Assembly (NCBI GenBank): GCA_002269645.1
Contig: NIVC01003838.1
Location: 1-64,000 of the forward strand
Reading direction: 5' to 3'
Length of the DNA stretch: 64,000 bases
Source: Macrostomum lignano
Taxonomy: Eukaryota
Shown: positions 38,697 through 52,526 of the stretch, one piece after another
How the letters are laid out: the number at the start of each line of letters is the position of its first letter
How positions within the stretch are numbered: the stretch's first letter is position 1
The notes under the pieces: model-generated
What the model saw: the letters and a program-made list of their open reading frames with translations, nothing else
Told to the model about the DNA's origin: nothing
The model's database searches: none
Program-made: the position numbers and the translations under genes

Positions 38697-39169
38697 GTTG
38701 GATGCAGTCTCGAGTATTGGCAGGTGTGTCTAAAATCTTGAAATTTGAGCGTTTATTACAGCCCAAATAGCTGGTTTGGAACAGTAAAATCTTATCTTCT
38801 TGCGCAGAATTTCGATGCCAGAAAATTGCCAACCCAATCTGTAAATTTATAGTGATGACACAAGCAGAAACTCTATATACTGCGCCTACCATTACTAATC
38901 TGCGCGTATACATTTAAGGCTAAAAATTCAAACAAATCAGCATGATAAGCAGCGCTTTGAAGAAAGTTCAGGAAATTTCTGAATTGAAGAAAGTTATTTG
39001 ACGTTTGGAAGAGATGCAAGCAAGACTGATAAGATGCCAATTAACTGGGCGCAGATGGCTAAGGGGGTGAAGCAATGAAGATTTGTGCGCTCAGCATCTA
39101 GATAAGATAGTAAGTTAAAGCCTGTAGGTTTTTGGCCTCTCTAACAGCTGAAGATGCACCAAATTTGGG

Positions 39170-39500
39170 TGTCAGATGGTGCATGGTGTCAGGGTGAATC
39201 AATCTGGGTGTCAGGGGGTGAATCAATCTGGGTGTCAGGGGGTGAATCAATCTGGGTGTCAGGGGGTGAATCAATCTGGGTGTCAGTGGGTGAATCAACC
39301 TGGGTGTCAGAGGGTGAATCAATCTGGGTGTCAGAGGGTGAATCAATCTGGGTGTCAGAGGGTGAATCAATCTGGGTGTTAGGGTGAATCAATCTGGGTG
39401 TTAGGGTGAATCAATCTGGGTGTTAGGGTGAATCAATCTGGGTGTTAGGGTGAATCAATCTGGGTGTCAGAGGGTGAATCAATCTGGGTGTCAGGGTGAA
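39170..39500. repeat. 22-24-bp minisatellite (GGGTGAATCAATCTGGGTGTCAG)
   Basis: Direct reading. Confidence 0.92.
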
Positions 39501-40454
39501 TCAGTTCTGGCAGACTTTGCTACCGATATGTACATGTAGCGCATGAAACTTTGTAAAGGGTATTTAAAATACTTGATATCCGAAAATGTATTAAATAAAT
39601 TACATTCAAAAATAAGCTTTCGCTTTTCAGGTAATCCAGGTGTTCCTCTCAAGGTGTCAAAATGTTTTTTGAGTCAACTATCCTTAGATCCGCCGCGGTT
39701 TTTAAGTCGCTGCCGTAGGAATTCCGATTGTGTAAACAAAAAGAAAATTTCCGGATTTTTTTGCTTTAATTTAAATGAGTAGACAGACATGCGGTACTAT
39801 ATATTGAATATTCAGCAAGCCAAAAAAGTTCTTTTTACCTTTGGAAAGGAAATAAAATTCTGCAATGAGTCACAGTCTCGCCTTGTGTCGCCCTTCTGAC
39901 CTGCCTAATTGCACCCAGTCCTGACCGTAAAAATTCTTTGTTCAAATTATTCAATTTTTTGTTAATCAAAGCACAGTCGAGTCATTGGGGGGGGGGTTCG
40001 CTTGTCCCATTAGAAATTCGAGAATTGCCGTGAGCCAACCAGTGAGTTGCCGTGAGTCATGAACTCTACTCTGAAATGCCGAAACTCTCTGCTCAAACAC
40101 ACTCGATCTTCAAAGTCTTCTTTTGTGCTCAATGAAGGTGACTCAAACCAAATTACGGCTGAGCAATTGTTTCGGAGAGCGTGGGTTGAAGCGTGAGTGA
40201 GTGTTAGCTAAGCTCTTCCGCATTCCGGGGTGTTGTTAGTTTTAAAAATTTTTTATAGAACAAATATACGCCGTCCCTACTGTTAGTAGGAGTGAGTATA
40301 TAAATTAAAAAGTAAATGTACTCAGCTGTTAATCGAGTTAAATATAGCATTTCCCCCAATCCAATTGAGCCAAGAAGAATGCAATTCAAACAATCAACAG
40401 TGCAGCAAAGAGGTTTTACCATAGATAAAGAGTGAATAAATGTACATGTTTAGC

Positions 40455-41800
40455 CCCTGTCTCTTGGTTGGCACCCCTGTCTCTTGGTGGGTGGGCGCCC
40501 CTGTCTCTTGGTTGGCGCCCCTGTCTCTTGGTTGGCGCCCCTGTCTCTTGGTGGGTGGGCACCCCTGTCTCTTGGTGGGTGGGCGCCGCTGTCTCTTGGT
40601 GGGTGGGCGCCCCTGTCTCTTGGTGGGCGCCCCTGTCTCTTGGTGGGTGGGCGCCCCTGTCTCTTGGTTGGCGCCCCTGTCTCTTGGTGGGTGGGCGCCC
40701 CTGTCTCTTGGTGGGCACCCCTGTCTCTTGGTGGGTGGGCGCCCCTGTCTCTTGGTTGGCGCCCCTGTCTCTTGGTGGGCGCCCCTGTCTCTTGGTTGGC
40801 GCCCCTGTCTCTTGGTGGGCGCCCCTGTCTCTTGGTTGGCGCCGCTGTCTCTTGGTGGGCGCCCCTGTCTCTTGGTGGGTGGGCGCCCCTGTCTCTTGGT
40901 GGGCGCCCCTGTCTCTTGGTGGGTGGGCGCCCCTGTCTCTTGGTGGGTGGGCGCCCCTGTCTCTTGGTGGGTGGGCGCCCCTGTCTCTTGGTGGGTGGGC
41001 GCCCCTGTCTCTTGGTGGGCACCCCTGTCTCTTGGTGGGTGGGCGCCCCTGTCTCTTGGTTGGCGCCCCTGTCTCTTGGTTGGCGCCCCTGTCTCTTGGT
41101 GGGCGCCCCTGTCTCTTGGTGGGCGCCCCTGTCTCTTGGTTGGCGCCGCTGTCTCTTGGTGGGCGCCCCTGTCTCTTGGTGGGTGGGCGCCCCTGTCTCT
41201 TGGTTGGCGCCCCTGTCTCTTGGTGGGTGGGCGCCCCTGTCTCTTGGTGGGTGGGCACCCTTGTCTCTTGGTGGGCGCCCCTGTCTCTTGGTGGGTGCCC
41301 CTGTCTCTTGGTGGGTGGGCGCCCCTGTCTCTTAGTGGGTGGGCGCCCCTGTCTCTTGGTGGGCGCCCCTGTCTCTTGGTGGGCGCCCCTGTCTCTTGGT
41401 GGGCGCCCCTGTCTCTTGGTGGGTGGGCGCCCCTGTCTCTTGGTGGGTGGGCACCCTTGTCTCTTGGTGGGCGCCCCTGTCTCTTGGTGGGTGCCCCTGT
41501 CTCTTGGTGGGTGGGCGCCCCTGTCTCTTAGTGGGTGGGCGCCCCTGTCTCTTGGTGGGCGCCCCTGTCTCTTGGTGGGCGCCCCTGTCTCTTGGTGGGT
41601 GGGCGCCCCTGTCTCTTGGTGGGTGGGCGCCCCTGTCTCTTGGTGGGCACCCCTGTCTCTTGGTGGGTGGGCGCCCCTGTCTCTTGGTTGGCGCCGCTGT
41701 CTCTTGGTGGGTGGGCGCCCCTGTCTCTTGGTGGGTGGGCGCCCCTGTCTCTTGGTTGGCGCCGCTGTCTCTTGGCGGGTGGGCGCCCCTGTCTCTTGGT
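40455..41800. repeat. GC-rich 20/24-bp minisatellite (GCGCCCCTGTCTCTTGGT(GGGT)GG)
   Basis: Direct reading; ORFs in several frames are artefacts of the repeat. Confidence 0.97.
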
Positions 41801-43303
41801 GACTGCAGCACCAGAATAAGTGCCTGCTAAACTAAAGACACGAAATTCGAAACGCTTGTTTCAGCAAAAACTCAAGTATATTTTAGTACTTCTGGGAAGC
41901 AAGATAACTTTTAGCTCGCACTTAACCTTAAAACCCAGGATTTCGCTAATTCCAACGCTACTACATACTTCTCAACGCCAAAGGCTGCGCATGCCCGCCA
42001 TTCGGTAAGCCATATACATATCTTCGCCTTTCCCACAAAATCGACCTAATTCTTAAAATAACTTATGAAAAGTTAAATGCACTCCAACTCCAATAATTCG
42101 TTGAATTATAGTTTTATTTGTTTAATTTGTATTGTTGCACAAAATGCTTACTGAGCAAATAACTTTTGCTCAGCAATTTGTGTGTACGATTGGCATCATA
42201 TTATTCAAGCATGTAAAAGGGTGGATCAAGTTATAGATAAAATATATAATAAACAGAACAAGGCAGCAATTAACCAATAGATAGAGAAATTTCATGAAGT
42301 TTTTCTTAAGCAGATAAGTTTTAGTTAAGACACAACACAACAAATAAACAGTGTTTGGAACTGAATTTTGACTGAGTTATTTATTATTTAATGAGCAATT
42401 CCAGCAATTCCAGAAGTTCCAGTATTATGCAAGAGTCTAATAGTCTTTTAATAATCTCAAGGGAGAGAGATTAAGCAACAATACCAACCCTTCACTAACG
42501 TACATACCCCAGTCCAGTTGGAATGTACGAGACATATAAAATCCACTAGAACAGTGTACAGTCAACTCTTCGACCGATAAAATAGCTTAAACCTCTTTAG
42601 TCTTAAATTAGAGTGATAGGAGTTTAAAAAATTGAATCACACTGTACACAATGATTTAGACTATCAGTGGCAAGCTGAAACTCTCTCCTCAAATGTACAC
42701 TCTCGGATCCCTGGCCTAATGTACATTGAAGCGGGCACCCGGCTTGCTCGGGCCTATAAAACCTCTTTTAACTCTTTAAGGCGCGTTCACACCGCCATAA
42801 AATCACGCGACAGATGTACAAAGCGACGAAGAGAACATTCGTGTACATAAGCCGTGCGATAACGAAAAATGATCTCAATTTAATGGTGGTGTGAACTAGC
42901 CTTAAAGAATCTATGTAGGAGTACAAAATCATATAAGAAATGGAAGTGCAACCTTATCGACTAAATACAGATTTCTAGACTTCTAGCTAAGATTCTAAGA
43001 ATAAGGATTAATGAGTCAAGAGTTTTGTACAGTACAGTCCCCCCTCTATCGCAGTAATTTGTACAGCGAGACTTTCTTTATCACTAAAACTTTCTCTCCC
43101 CGTTAACTTGCCAAGCTACTAGCTGAAATGTGATCGAATCGGCCTTTAAAGGCTCGTTCATTCACAGCGTCATCACGTGACCTCACTGACCTGTGTATTA
43201 ATTTTTGTTTGCTTTATACACGTACGCTGTGATTTGATAGGTCTAGCTCATCTAATTTTAAACGAAACTATGTTAAACGGATTGTTAAACGAACACTGCA
43301 AGG

Positions 43304-46300
43304 TCAGGCAATCAATACCCCATCGGCGTAGCCCTCCCTATCGATAGAGACAATCTCTTCCAGCTCTTCTCGTTTAGCCGCAGCCGCCGCCGAGGCCATA
43401 CTGGCATCAATTCGCTGGCGTAGAAAGCCGCGCCAAAGAGTCTTCAGCTGAGAATTAGGCGCCTCCAGCAGCACAACCCGTCGACAGCCGACGTTGCCTC
43501 CGTCGCCGAAGACAAGTCGGATTAGCAATCGTGAATCGAAGCTGGCCTCCAGACAGTCGGCCAGACGGAAGACTTCGCCAGCCAATGTTGACGTTATTAC
43601 TGATGTCGGTGACGGCGAACCAACGGACGTCAAGCAGAGTCGGTCGGTCAGTAGGACGCCGCGAACTGGCAAGTCGACACCGCCGCTGCCGCTGCTCCGC
43701 CAGACCAGCTCGCCGGAGAAGACTACAGCATGCTGCTGGACAGGGGACAACGACAATGCCGAATGATCACGACGATGATTCGACGAAACTTGCCGGATTG
43801 GCGGAGTCGGCGGAGGCGTCGGCAGGCGAACTCGCTCCGGCTCAGGCAAGAGGCTGGCGCAGTGCTCCAAGGCCTGGGCGACATCTTCAACAAACAGGTG
43901 GTCGGCGTCCGCCTCTGGAGTGGCGGCCAGCAGAGCGGAGAAATCCGATGCCAGAGTCTTCAGGTGCCGAAGCGGTTTAATTAGACTGGCGTTCAACGAA
44001 GGCAGGTCCGGCCGTTCGCGCGCGGCGGCCTCCAAAGCGGCCAAGAATTCCGGACAGGCGTGCAGGCCGCGGAGGGCGCGCGGACAAGCGTCGGACAGGT
44101 GGGCGCCGAAGTCTCGATAGTCGTCGCATAGTTGAAACAGGCGCGAGCGGAAAACCCGGCCGAGACAGTCGGCAGGGTGAGTTGGATCGATCTGGATCGG
44201 AGGGGAGTATGTAGCCTAACTTGAGCACGCCTGAACTACGATGCGCATATTAAGCGACAGTTGCAATCACTTGTCAGCCTTTAAAATGTCTAGACTAAAG
44301 TGTTCTATCTGAAAAGAACGTACGACAAATATTTCGAACTGGAACACCGTGCGTGTGACAGGGAAAGTTTTAGTTCAGACGTACGAGCTTAACCTTTTGC
44401 GCCGGAGATAGAAATACAAAAGCTCCGTTCCTGCCGACATGGTCAGCAGGGCTGACCGTAGACTATAGCTAGAATCTTAATGCGCCGCTGTGCAAATCCT
44501 TTCTAGCCGAGAAGGGAGCATTCTATACTCGGCTTGGACAAATCTAGGGTCGAAAAAAGTGTATTTCACTTAATGTCTCTACATAGATTATGCAGTGTGC
44601 ACACTCGATATCTAGCAATAGACACTACAGTTCACTTTAAAAGCTGCAAACAGGCCTTTTTGCAAGAGAAAGTACTACACCTCCTAAATACGAGTAGTGC
44701 ATCATTTTATTGAAAAGTAAATCAGCTACAACCATGGACATTTTGCATACATCAGATTCTGACACTGATGATGTCATCACAGAGAATGCTGAAACCGAGT
44801 CGCTGCATTCCATTGCAGATATTTTCACCCATTTTTCGTATGATCAGCCCTGCTGACCATGCTCGGTAGGAACGGCTAACTGTGCAGCACATAAATTTTC
44901 TTTTACCATAGACTCAAAAATTTACCAGCAGTAAATTAAGGCTGTTGGTTCATGGTCAGCTCTGCTGACCATCCGGCAGCTTAAAGTTAAAGGATGATAG
45001 GGATGGCTTAAACTAAAAGATGTGTCGTTCCTTGAAAATTCGAACGACGCGTCTTTGTCAGTGACACTTTGAACTGGGACGCATCCTTGTCAGTGACACT
45101 TTGAACTGGGACGCATCCTTGTCAGTGACACTTTGAACTTGGACGCATCCTTGTCAGTGACACTTTGAACTGGGACGCATCCTTGACAGTGACACTTTGA
45201 ACTGGGACGCATCCGTGTCAGTGACACTTTGAACTGGGACGCATCCTTGACAGTGACACTTTGAACTGGGACGCATCCGTGTCAGTGACACTTTGAACTG
45301 GGACGCATCCTTGTCAGTGACACTTTGAACTGGGACGCATCCTTGTCAGTGACACTTTGAACTTGGACGCATCCTTGTCAGTGACACTTTGAACTGGGAC
45401 GCATCCTTGACAGTGACACTTTGAACTGGGACGCATCCGTGTCAGTGACACTTTGAACTGGGATGCACCCTTGACAGTGACAGTGACACTTTGAACTGGG
45501 ACGCATCCGTGTCAGTGACACTTTGAACTGGGATGCACCCTTGACAGTGACAGTGACACTTTGAACTGGGACGCATCCGTGTCAGTGACACTTTGAACTG
45601 GGATGCACCCTTGACAGTGACAGTGACACTTTGAACTGGGACGCATCCGTGTCAGTGACACTTTGAACTGGGACGCATCCTTGACAGTGACACTTTGAAC
45701 TGGGACGCATCCGTGTCAGTGTCACTTTGAACTGGGACGCATCCGTGTCAGTGACAGTGACACTTTGAACTGGGACGCATCCGTGTCAGTGACAGTGACA
45801 CTTTGAACTGGGACGCATCCGTGTCAGTGACACTTTGAACTGGGACGCATCCTTGACAGTGACACTTTGAACCGGGACGCATCCGTGTCAGTGACACTTT
45901 GAACTGGGACGCATCCTTGACAGTGACACTTTGAACTGGGACGCATCCGTGTCAGTGACAGTGACACTTTGAACTGGGACGCATCCGTGTCAGTGACACT
46001 TTGAACTGGGATGCACCCTTGACAGTGACACTTTGAACTGGGACGCATCCGTGTCAGTGACAGTGACACTTTGAACTGGGACGCATCTGTGTCAGTGACA
46101 CTTTGAACTGGGACGCATTCGTGACAGTGGCTGTCAGAACTAGAGATATTTGACCTATAAAAATACCTTAAGGTTTAGAGCCAAGGAATGTCATAACTTG
46201 CGACTTGTCATAATCGCCTGCCTACAAACTGGATACGCTTCCAGCTAAGGCCCATCCATGAAAGTGGCCTAACTCGCTTCATACGACGTCTGCTTCTCTT

Positions 46301-49300
46301 ACCAGTCTCAGAATCTGCTTGGTGGTGTCAATCAGCTGGTCGAAACGGTGAAACAGCGCCGAGCAGAGCTGCGGCCCCAGACTGCCAACCAGCCTGCGCC
46401 GGTAAAACTGCTGACAGGCGGTCATCTCAGCGGCGAACGCTTCTTCGCGATTGAAAATTTGATTCGCTAACGATTGGCGCGAATGCGGCGGCAGCGTCGG
46501 AGGCGTCTGAAGCTGTAACTGCGGCTTTTGAGGCGGCGTTTTCGGCGGCTCGGCGATCATTGCTTCGTAGGCCCGATTGTGGCAGTAGGTCTGACCACCC
46601 CCCGGGCCCGGGCCCCGCGCTGGCACAGTAGATGACAGGGCCAGCCGGCCTAGCATAGTCACCGCGTTGCCGCCACCGCTTCCGCTTCCGCTGCTCTCGT
46701 AGCCGCCGTGCCCGTTGGCCGGCGCGTCGACCAGCCATCGTTGGATTCGAAGTTCTAATCGGCTGCCGCTTCGTCTGAAGAGCAAGAATTTGCATTTTTT
46801 GTTTGAGAATTACTAACTTTTTACACAAATAATCGCTACACACTACTACTGATGAAAGTAGAAATAAGCGGATGACAATAGCAGACTTTTTGTTAGGAAT
46901 AGAGTAATTTTTTAGTCTCGTATCATTTCAGAGCGGCAATTTTTTACATCAAGATTCATGCATGTTATGGCTGCGGGCCAGATTGCATAGAAGATGAGAG
47001 AGAGGAGGAAAGACAAGATAGATGAGATGAGGGGAGAGGCGAGAGATGAGATGAGAGAGAAGATAAGATAAGAGGAGAGAGGGTAGAAGAGGAGAGAAGA
47101 GAGGGTAGAAGAGGAGAGAAGAGAGGGTAGAAGAGGAGAGAAGAGAGGGTAGAAGAGGAGAGAAGAGAGGGTAGAAGAGGAGAAAAGAGAGGGTAGAAGA
47201 GGAGAGAAGAGAGGGTAGAAGAGGAGAGAAGAGAGGAGAGAAGATGAGAGAAGAGGAGAGAAGAGAGCTGAAAAGAGACACAAAACTTAAGCGACCCGGA
47301 GTTTGTCAAACCCGGCACTAACTCGTAGATCTTGTTAAATAATTAGAAAAAACCTGTACTTTTGCATTAGAATTGGCAGAAAATGACTTGAACTAACGAG
47401 CTAAGCCATACAAATGTATAGAAGTTATAGGAGAGTTTGCTTGAAATCGACTGCACAGTTCTGATTGACTCTGAAAGCAGAAAAATGGTGTCAAAAAGGA
47501 TTCAGAGTAATGCATACTTCTATAGCTTGACATGCTAACATCCTATTTTGGTCAGCAATGGTCTGTTTGTTTTTATATTGTCTTTGTTCATAGTTGAGCG
47601 TTCTTATGCATAGATAAATACTGAATATAGTCTTTGTTTCTCGAAGAAGACCTACAAGTTCATTTCATCCTTTGTTTTCTTGATGAACTAACTTATCACA
47701 AACTCACCGTCATCACAAAGCTGCTGGTCTTTGTTTTGCTTATTTTCCATCTATCTGTCTACATGTATGCTAATGTAGCGCGCGACCGTTATTACTGTAA
47801 ACACACCAAGCTACTAACAGCTATTTCCATTTCAACTTAAAATCACTAACCGCTTCGTTTTTCTGAGGTCACTTTAGGGGCCGCTATAAGGTCACTAAAG
47901 GGCCGCTTTTGGGTCACTTAAGGGCCGTTTTGGGGTCACTTAAGGGCCTCTTTGGGGTCACTTAAGGGCCGTTTGGGGTCACTAAAGGGCCGCTCTTTTA
48001 GGTAACTTAAGTGCCATTTTTAGGGTAACATAAGGGCCTCTTTGGGGTCACTTAATGGCCAATCTTTGAGGTCACTTAAGGGCCGCTCTTTAAGGTCACT
48101 TAAGGGCCGTTTGGGGTCACTTAAGGGCCGTTTTTGGGGTCACTAAAGAGCCGCTCTTTGAAGCCACTTTAGGGGCCGCTTTGGGGTAACTTAATGACCG
48201 CTTTGGGGTCACTTAAGGGCCGTTTGGGGTCACTAAAGGGCCGCTCTTTTAGGTCACTTAAGTGCCATTTTTGGGGTAACATAAGGGCCTCTTTGGGGTC
48301 ACTTAATGGCCAATCTTTGAGGTCACTTAAGGGCCGTTTGGGGTCACTTAAGGGCCGTTTTTGGGGTCACTAAAGAGCCGCTCTTTGAAGCCACTTTAGG
48401 GGCCGCTTTGGGGTAACTTTATGGCCGGCTTGGGGTCACTTAATGACCGCTTTGGGGTCACTTAATGGCCGTTTTGGGGTTGCTTTAGGAGTCGCTTTGA
48501 GGTCACGTTAGGGGCCGTTCTGGTATTACTTTAGGGGCCGAATTGGTCACTTAAAGGAATTTTCAAACAAAGCCACGAGCCGTAAATTTAAGTTGAGTTC
48601 TAGTACTCATTGTCTTGAATAAAAAGACAATGTTTCCCAACTCTTACCGCCAACTCATCTCAATTATCCTATCTAATCTTACCATCAGAAAACTTCAAAG
48701 ACTCGCAAAACCTGGCAAGAAACGAGCGCGCAGAGGCCCGCAAACTACATCGCGCAGTGACTCAGAGCTCAATAGCTTTGGTTGAGCAAAAGCAAAATGA
48801 CAGAAGCAAAAAAGCAGTGCTTTTCTGTCTGCACGCTTGGCTTTGAGATGACTCATTTCTGCTGCTGCTGCTGCGGCAGGCAGCTGATCCCTCGTGTGTT
48901 TTTTGTTCTCTGTCATCCATGATTCTTCCGTGCATAATAGCATGTTACTCAAGGCTATACACATTTTTTAGTGCTACGAGCTGCATAGGGTACTCGCGCT
49001 GTTTGATGCTCAGATGAGGCAGCTGCCAACAACAAGCGTAAAATAAATACACCAGCTTGTAGGAAATTCATTGTCTGCTTTTCCCGGCTTGGCGCCCCTG
49101 GATTTTCGAGTAGCACTTCTTTAACAGCTGGGTTCTTTATTGTGCTTTACCTGTTGTTGACTGTACAGTTTAGAACTGTCCGTCATCTCTCACTCTCTCC
49201 GTCATCTCTCACTCTCTCCCCATCTCTCACTCTCTCCCCATCTCTCACTCTCTCCTTCATCTCTCATCCTCTATGCCAGGGGTTGAAAAAAATTTAATCC

Positions 49301-50048
49301 GAAGGCCTGATATAAAATCTTGCGCAACACTGTGGGCCAGAGAGAGGATAGAGGAGAGTAGAGAGGAGGAGAGAGGCGAGATAAAGAGGAGCGAGGAGAT
49401 GAAGGGGGAGAGGAGAGAGGAGGGAGAAGAGGAGAGGGGACAGGAGGCGAGAGAGGGGGATGAGGGATGAGAGGAGAGAGGAGAGAGGAGAGAGAAGAGG
49501 AGAGAGGAGATAGGAGTGGAGAAAGGAGAGGGTAGAGGAGGGGAGAGAGGGGATGAGGGATGAGAGGAGAGAAGAGAGAGGGGGAGATGAGGGAAGAGAG
49601 GAGAGAGGAGAGAGGAGAGAAGACAGAGGAGAGGGGAGAGAAGAGAGGAGAGGGAAGAGGGTAGAGGAGGGGAGAGAGGGGTGAGGGAAGAGAGGAGAGA
49701 GGAGAGAAACACTGAGCAGGCCAGATCGCTTTTGTAAAGCGATCCGAGGGCCGGATAGAGAGGCTTCGCGGAATCGAGTTTGCTGACCTCTGCTCTACAC
49801 TCTTCCTGATTCCTTCATCATCCCACATTCGCGCAGATTTCCCAAGCCTCTCACCGGATGTCCCCAACCACGGTGTCGCAGCTGCAACTGAGCACGGTCT
49901 GCCCATTCACGCTGACCACAATGTCGCCGCTGAGCAGGCCGACTGCGGCGGCGGCCGACCCCGGCTCGACCTTGCCGACTCGAACTGGCTGCGAGCCGAC
50001 CAGGGTGAAGCCGAAGCTCCACTGCTGACCGTGGCGACTCAGGGAGAA
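43304..50048 (-). CDS. PDZ-DH-PH Rho guanine nucleotide exchange factor (5' end unresolved)
   Basis: PDZ exon 50048-49855 (WSFGFTLVGSQPVRVGKVEPGSAAAAVGLLSGDIVVSVNG). DH start in exon 46774-46285 (QIFNREEAFAAEM...LFHRFDQLID) joins in phase 0 to exon 44191-43304 (LNASLIKPLRHLKTL; PH-like GELVW...VLLTDRLCL...LLEAPNSQLKTLWRGFL). Exons between the PDZ and DH domains are uncertain. Confidence 0.75.
44425..44875. mobile_element. Intronic MITE-like element with ~36-bp imperfect TIRs
   Basis: CCGTTCCTGCCGACATGGTCAGCAGGGCTGACCGTA vs TATGATCAGCCCTGCTGACCATGCTCGGTAGGAACGG. Confidence 0.7.
45055..46130. repeat. Intronic 32-bp minisatellite (GTCAGTGACACTTTGAACTGGGACGCATCCTT)
   Basis: About 33 units. Confidence 0.97.
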
Positions 50049-51670
50049 CTGCAGGCGATTGATTGGGATTTGGGATTTGGGATTCAGTGGATAATAAGCT
50101 AGACAATGTACTCTGCTATCAGCGATAGTTTATTGAGTTGTTTAACTAGCGAACTGTGTCAAAATAAAGTTTACTTGTCAGACAATGATTTTCCTGTATC
50201 AGACATTGGTAAGCCTGTGTCAGGTAGATACTGGAGCAACCAATGTGTCAGATGGTTATGTAGATACTGACATCCCTGTGTTAGCTAGGCATGTAGATAC
50301 TGACATCCCTGTGTCAGACAGTTATGTAGATACTGACATCCCTGTGTCAGCTAGGCATGTAGATACTGACATTCCAGTGTCAGCTAGGCATGTAGATACT
50401 GACATTCCAGTGTCAGCTAGGCATGTAGATACTGACATCCCTGTGTCAGCTAGGCATGTAGATACTGACATTCCAGTGTCAGCTAGGCATGTAGATACTG
50501 ACATTCCTGTGTCAGCTAGGCATGTAGATACTGACATTCCTGTGTCAGCTAGGCATGTAGATACTGACATCTCTGTGTCAGCTAGGCATGTAGATACTGA
50601 CATCCCTGTGTCAGCTAGGCATGTAGATACTGACATCTCTGTGTCAGCTAGTCATGTAGATACTGACATCCCTGTGTTGCTACATGCTAGGCATGTAGAT
50701 ACTGACATCCCTGTGTTGCTACATGCTAGGCATGTAGATACTGACATCTCTGTCTCAGCTAGGCATGTAGATACTGACATTCCTGTGTCAGATAGTCATG
50801 TAAATACTGACATCCCTGTGTCAGCTAGGCATGTAGATCCTGACTTCCCTGTGTCAGCTACCATGCACTACCGCATGGAAGCACCGGCCTCTTTAATGAA
50901 ATCATTACCCAATTAATTTTTTGTGAATATGAAAAAATGACAAAGATAAAAGTGAAAACATACAAAATAACACCAAGAGAACGGCTTCCCTTTGAAGTTC
51001 TAAAATAATCGCCTAAAGAATGAAATAAATTAGTCAGCTACAAAGACTTGAATCAGAACCGATCGCATTGCATTCCACTTAGTGCTACCGGCTGCCCAGA
51101 CACAAAGAGGACAGACAGCAGCACAAGGGGGCTGGGCGCAGGTCTTTGTTCGGCAGACTGAATGCGGGACACCCGCGCTGGAGTAGGAGGGGACGAGAAG
51201 GCAATAAAAAAGCAGTCTGTTGCAGACAGGAAAAAGCGCCACCGCCCCCACCCAGAAGTTCAATGTCGAGCTTGTCTCGGTGTCTGTCTGCCGTGGAGTT
51301 CTAGACAGAATCTGGGACTGACTTTGGCTTTTTGTCTTGTCATTTTCCGCTGTAAAAAACTATATGAGCCTTTATAAAAACTTTAATGTAGTTTAGCCTG
51401 CTTATGTCTTGTGAACAAGACATATGTCTTGCTGTAAAATTTAGGTCCTATGAAATTTAGGTCCTATGAAATTTAGGTCCTATGAAATTTAGGTCCTATG
51501 AAATTTAGGTCCTATGAAATTTAGGTTCTATGAAATTTAGGTCCTATGAAATTTAGGTCCTATGAAATTTAGGTCCTATGAAATTTAGGTTCTATGAAAT
51601 TTAGGTCCTATGAAGTTTAGGTACTATGAAATTTAGGGTTGTATGAAATTTAGGTCATGAAATTTAGGTC
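47000..51670. repeat. Several separate intronic/intergenic arrays: purine-rich 47000-47270 and 49345-49705; GGGGTCACTTAAGGGCCGTTT 47870-48545; 33-bp ATGTAGATACTGACATCCCTGTGTCAGCTAGGC 50240-50860; 16-bp AAATTTAGGTCCTATG 51435-51670
   Basis: Direct reading. Confidence 0.88.
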
Positions 51671-52169
51671 TCATGGAGTTTAGTTATAGTGAAGTTTAGG
51701 ATAGGTCCTAAATTTATGAGATTTATTCTACATAATCTGTGTTTCCAATCCAGATTTCTAGGCTTACGGCATCCATGTGTCCGCCTGTCTCTCCTCCTAT
51801 GCGTGCGTGTTTAATATCAAGACAGCCAAATGCAAGATATGAGTCACTTCAGCACTGAACAGAAACTAACTTTGCCTTGCGTACAATTATAATACAAATA
51901 CACATTGCATTGGGCTTGCTAAATATCTTTTTATCTCTGCAGGTCCATCACTCCCGGCGCCTCCATCTGGCTCTGAGATCAATCAGTACTGCTTTATTAA
52001 TGTGCTACATAATTAGATATCATGTACAAAATATATTTCTAGCTTTCTATTACCGACAACGGCTGCTCAAGAATGCCACCATTTTTTGTTCTTTTTTAAA
52101 ATGGCAATTTTCAAAAATGACAATTGACCAACTATCTGATTAAAAATGGCATTTCGGGTTTCTAAAATG

Positions 52170-52480
52170 GCACTTGTCCCTACGAAATGGCACCTGTCCC
52201 TTCAAAATGACACCTGTCCCTACAAAATGACACATGTCCCTACAAAATGACACATGTCCCTACAAAATGACACATGTCCCTACAAAATGACACATGTCCC
52301 TACAAAATGACACCTGTCCCTACAAAATGACACATGTCCCTACAAAATGACACATGTCCCTACGAAATGACACCTGTCCCTACAAAATGACACCTGTCCC
52401 TACAAAATGACACCTGTCCCTTCAAAATGACACCTGTCCCTTCAAAATGACACCTGTCCCTAAAAAATGACACCCATCCC
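52170..52480. repeat. 20-bp minisatellite (CCTACAAAATGACACATGTC)
   Basis: Direct reading. Confidence 0.9.
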
Positions 52481-52526
52481 GATCCTACAAAATCACACTC
52501 TATCTTCAAAATTGACACTTTTCTCC

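Noticed and set aside
42556-43030. Possible degenerate TIR pair (TGTACAGTCAACTCTT / AAGAGTTTTGTACA)
   Set aside because: Match is short and gapped; no TSD or transposase evidence.
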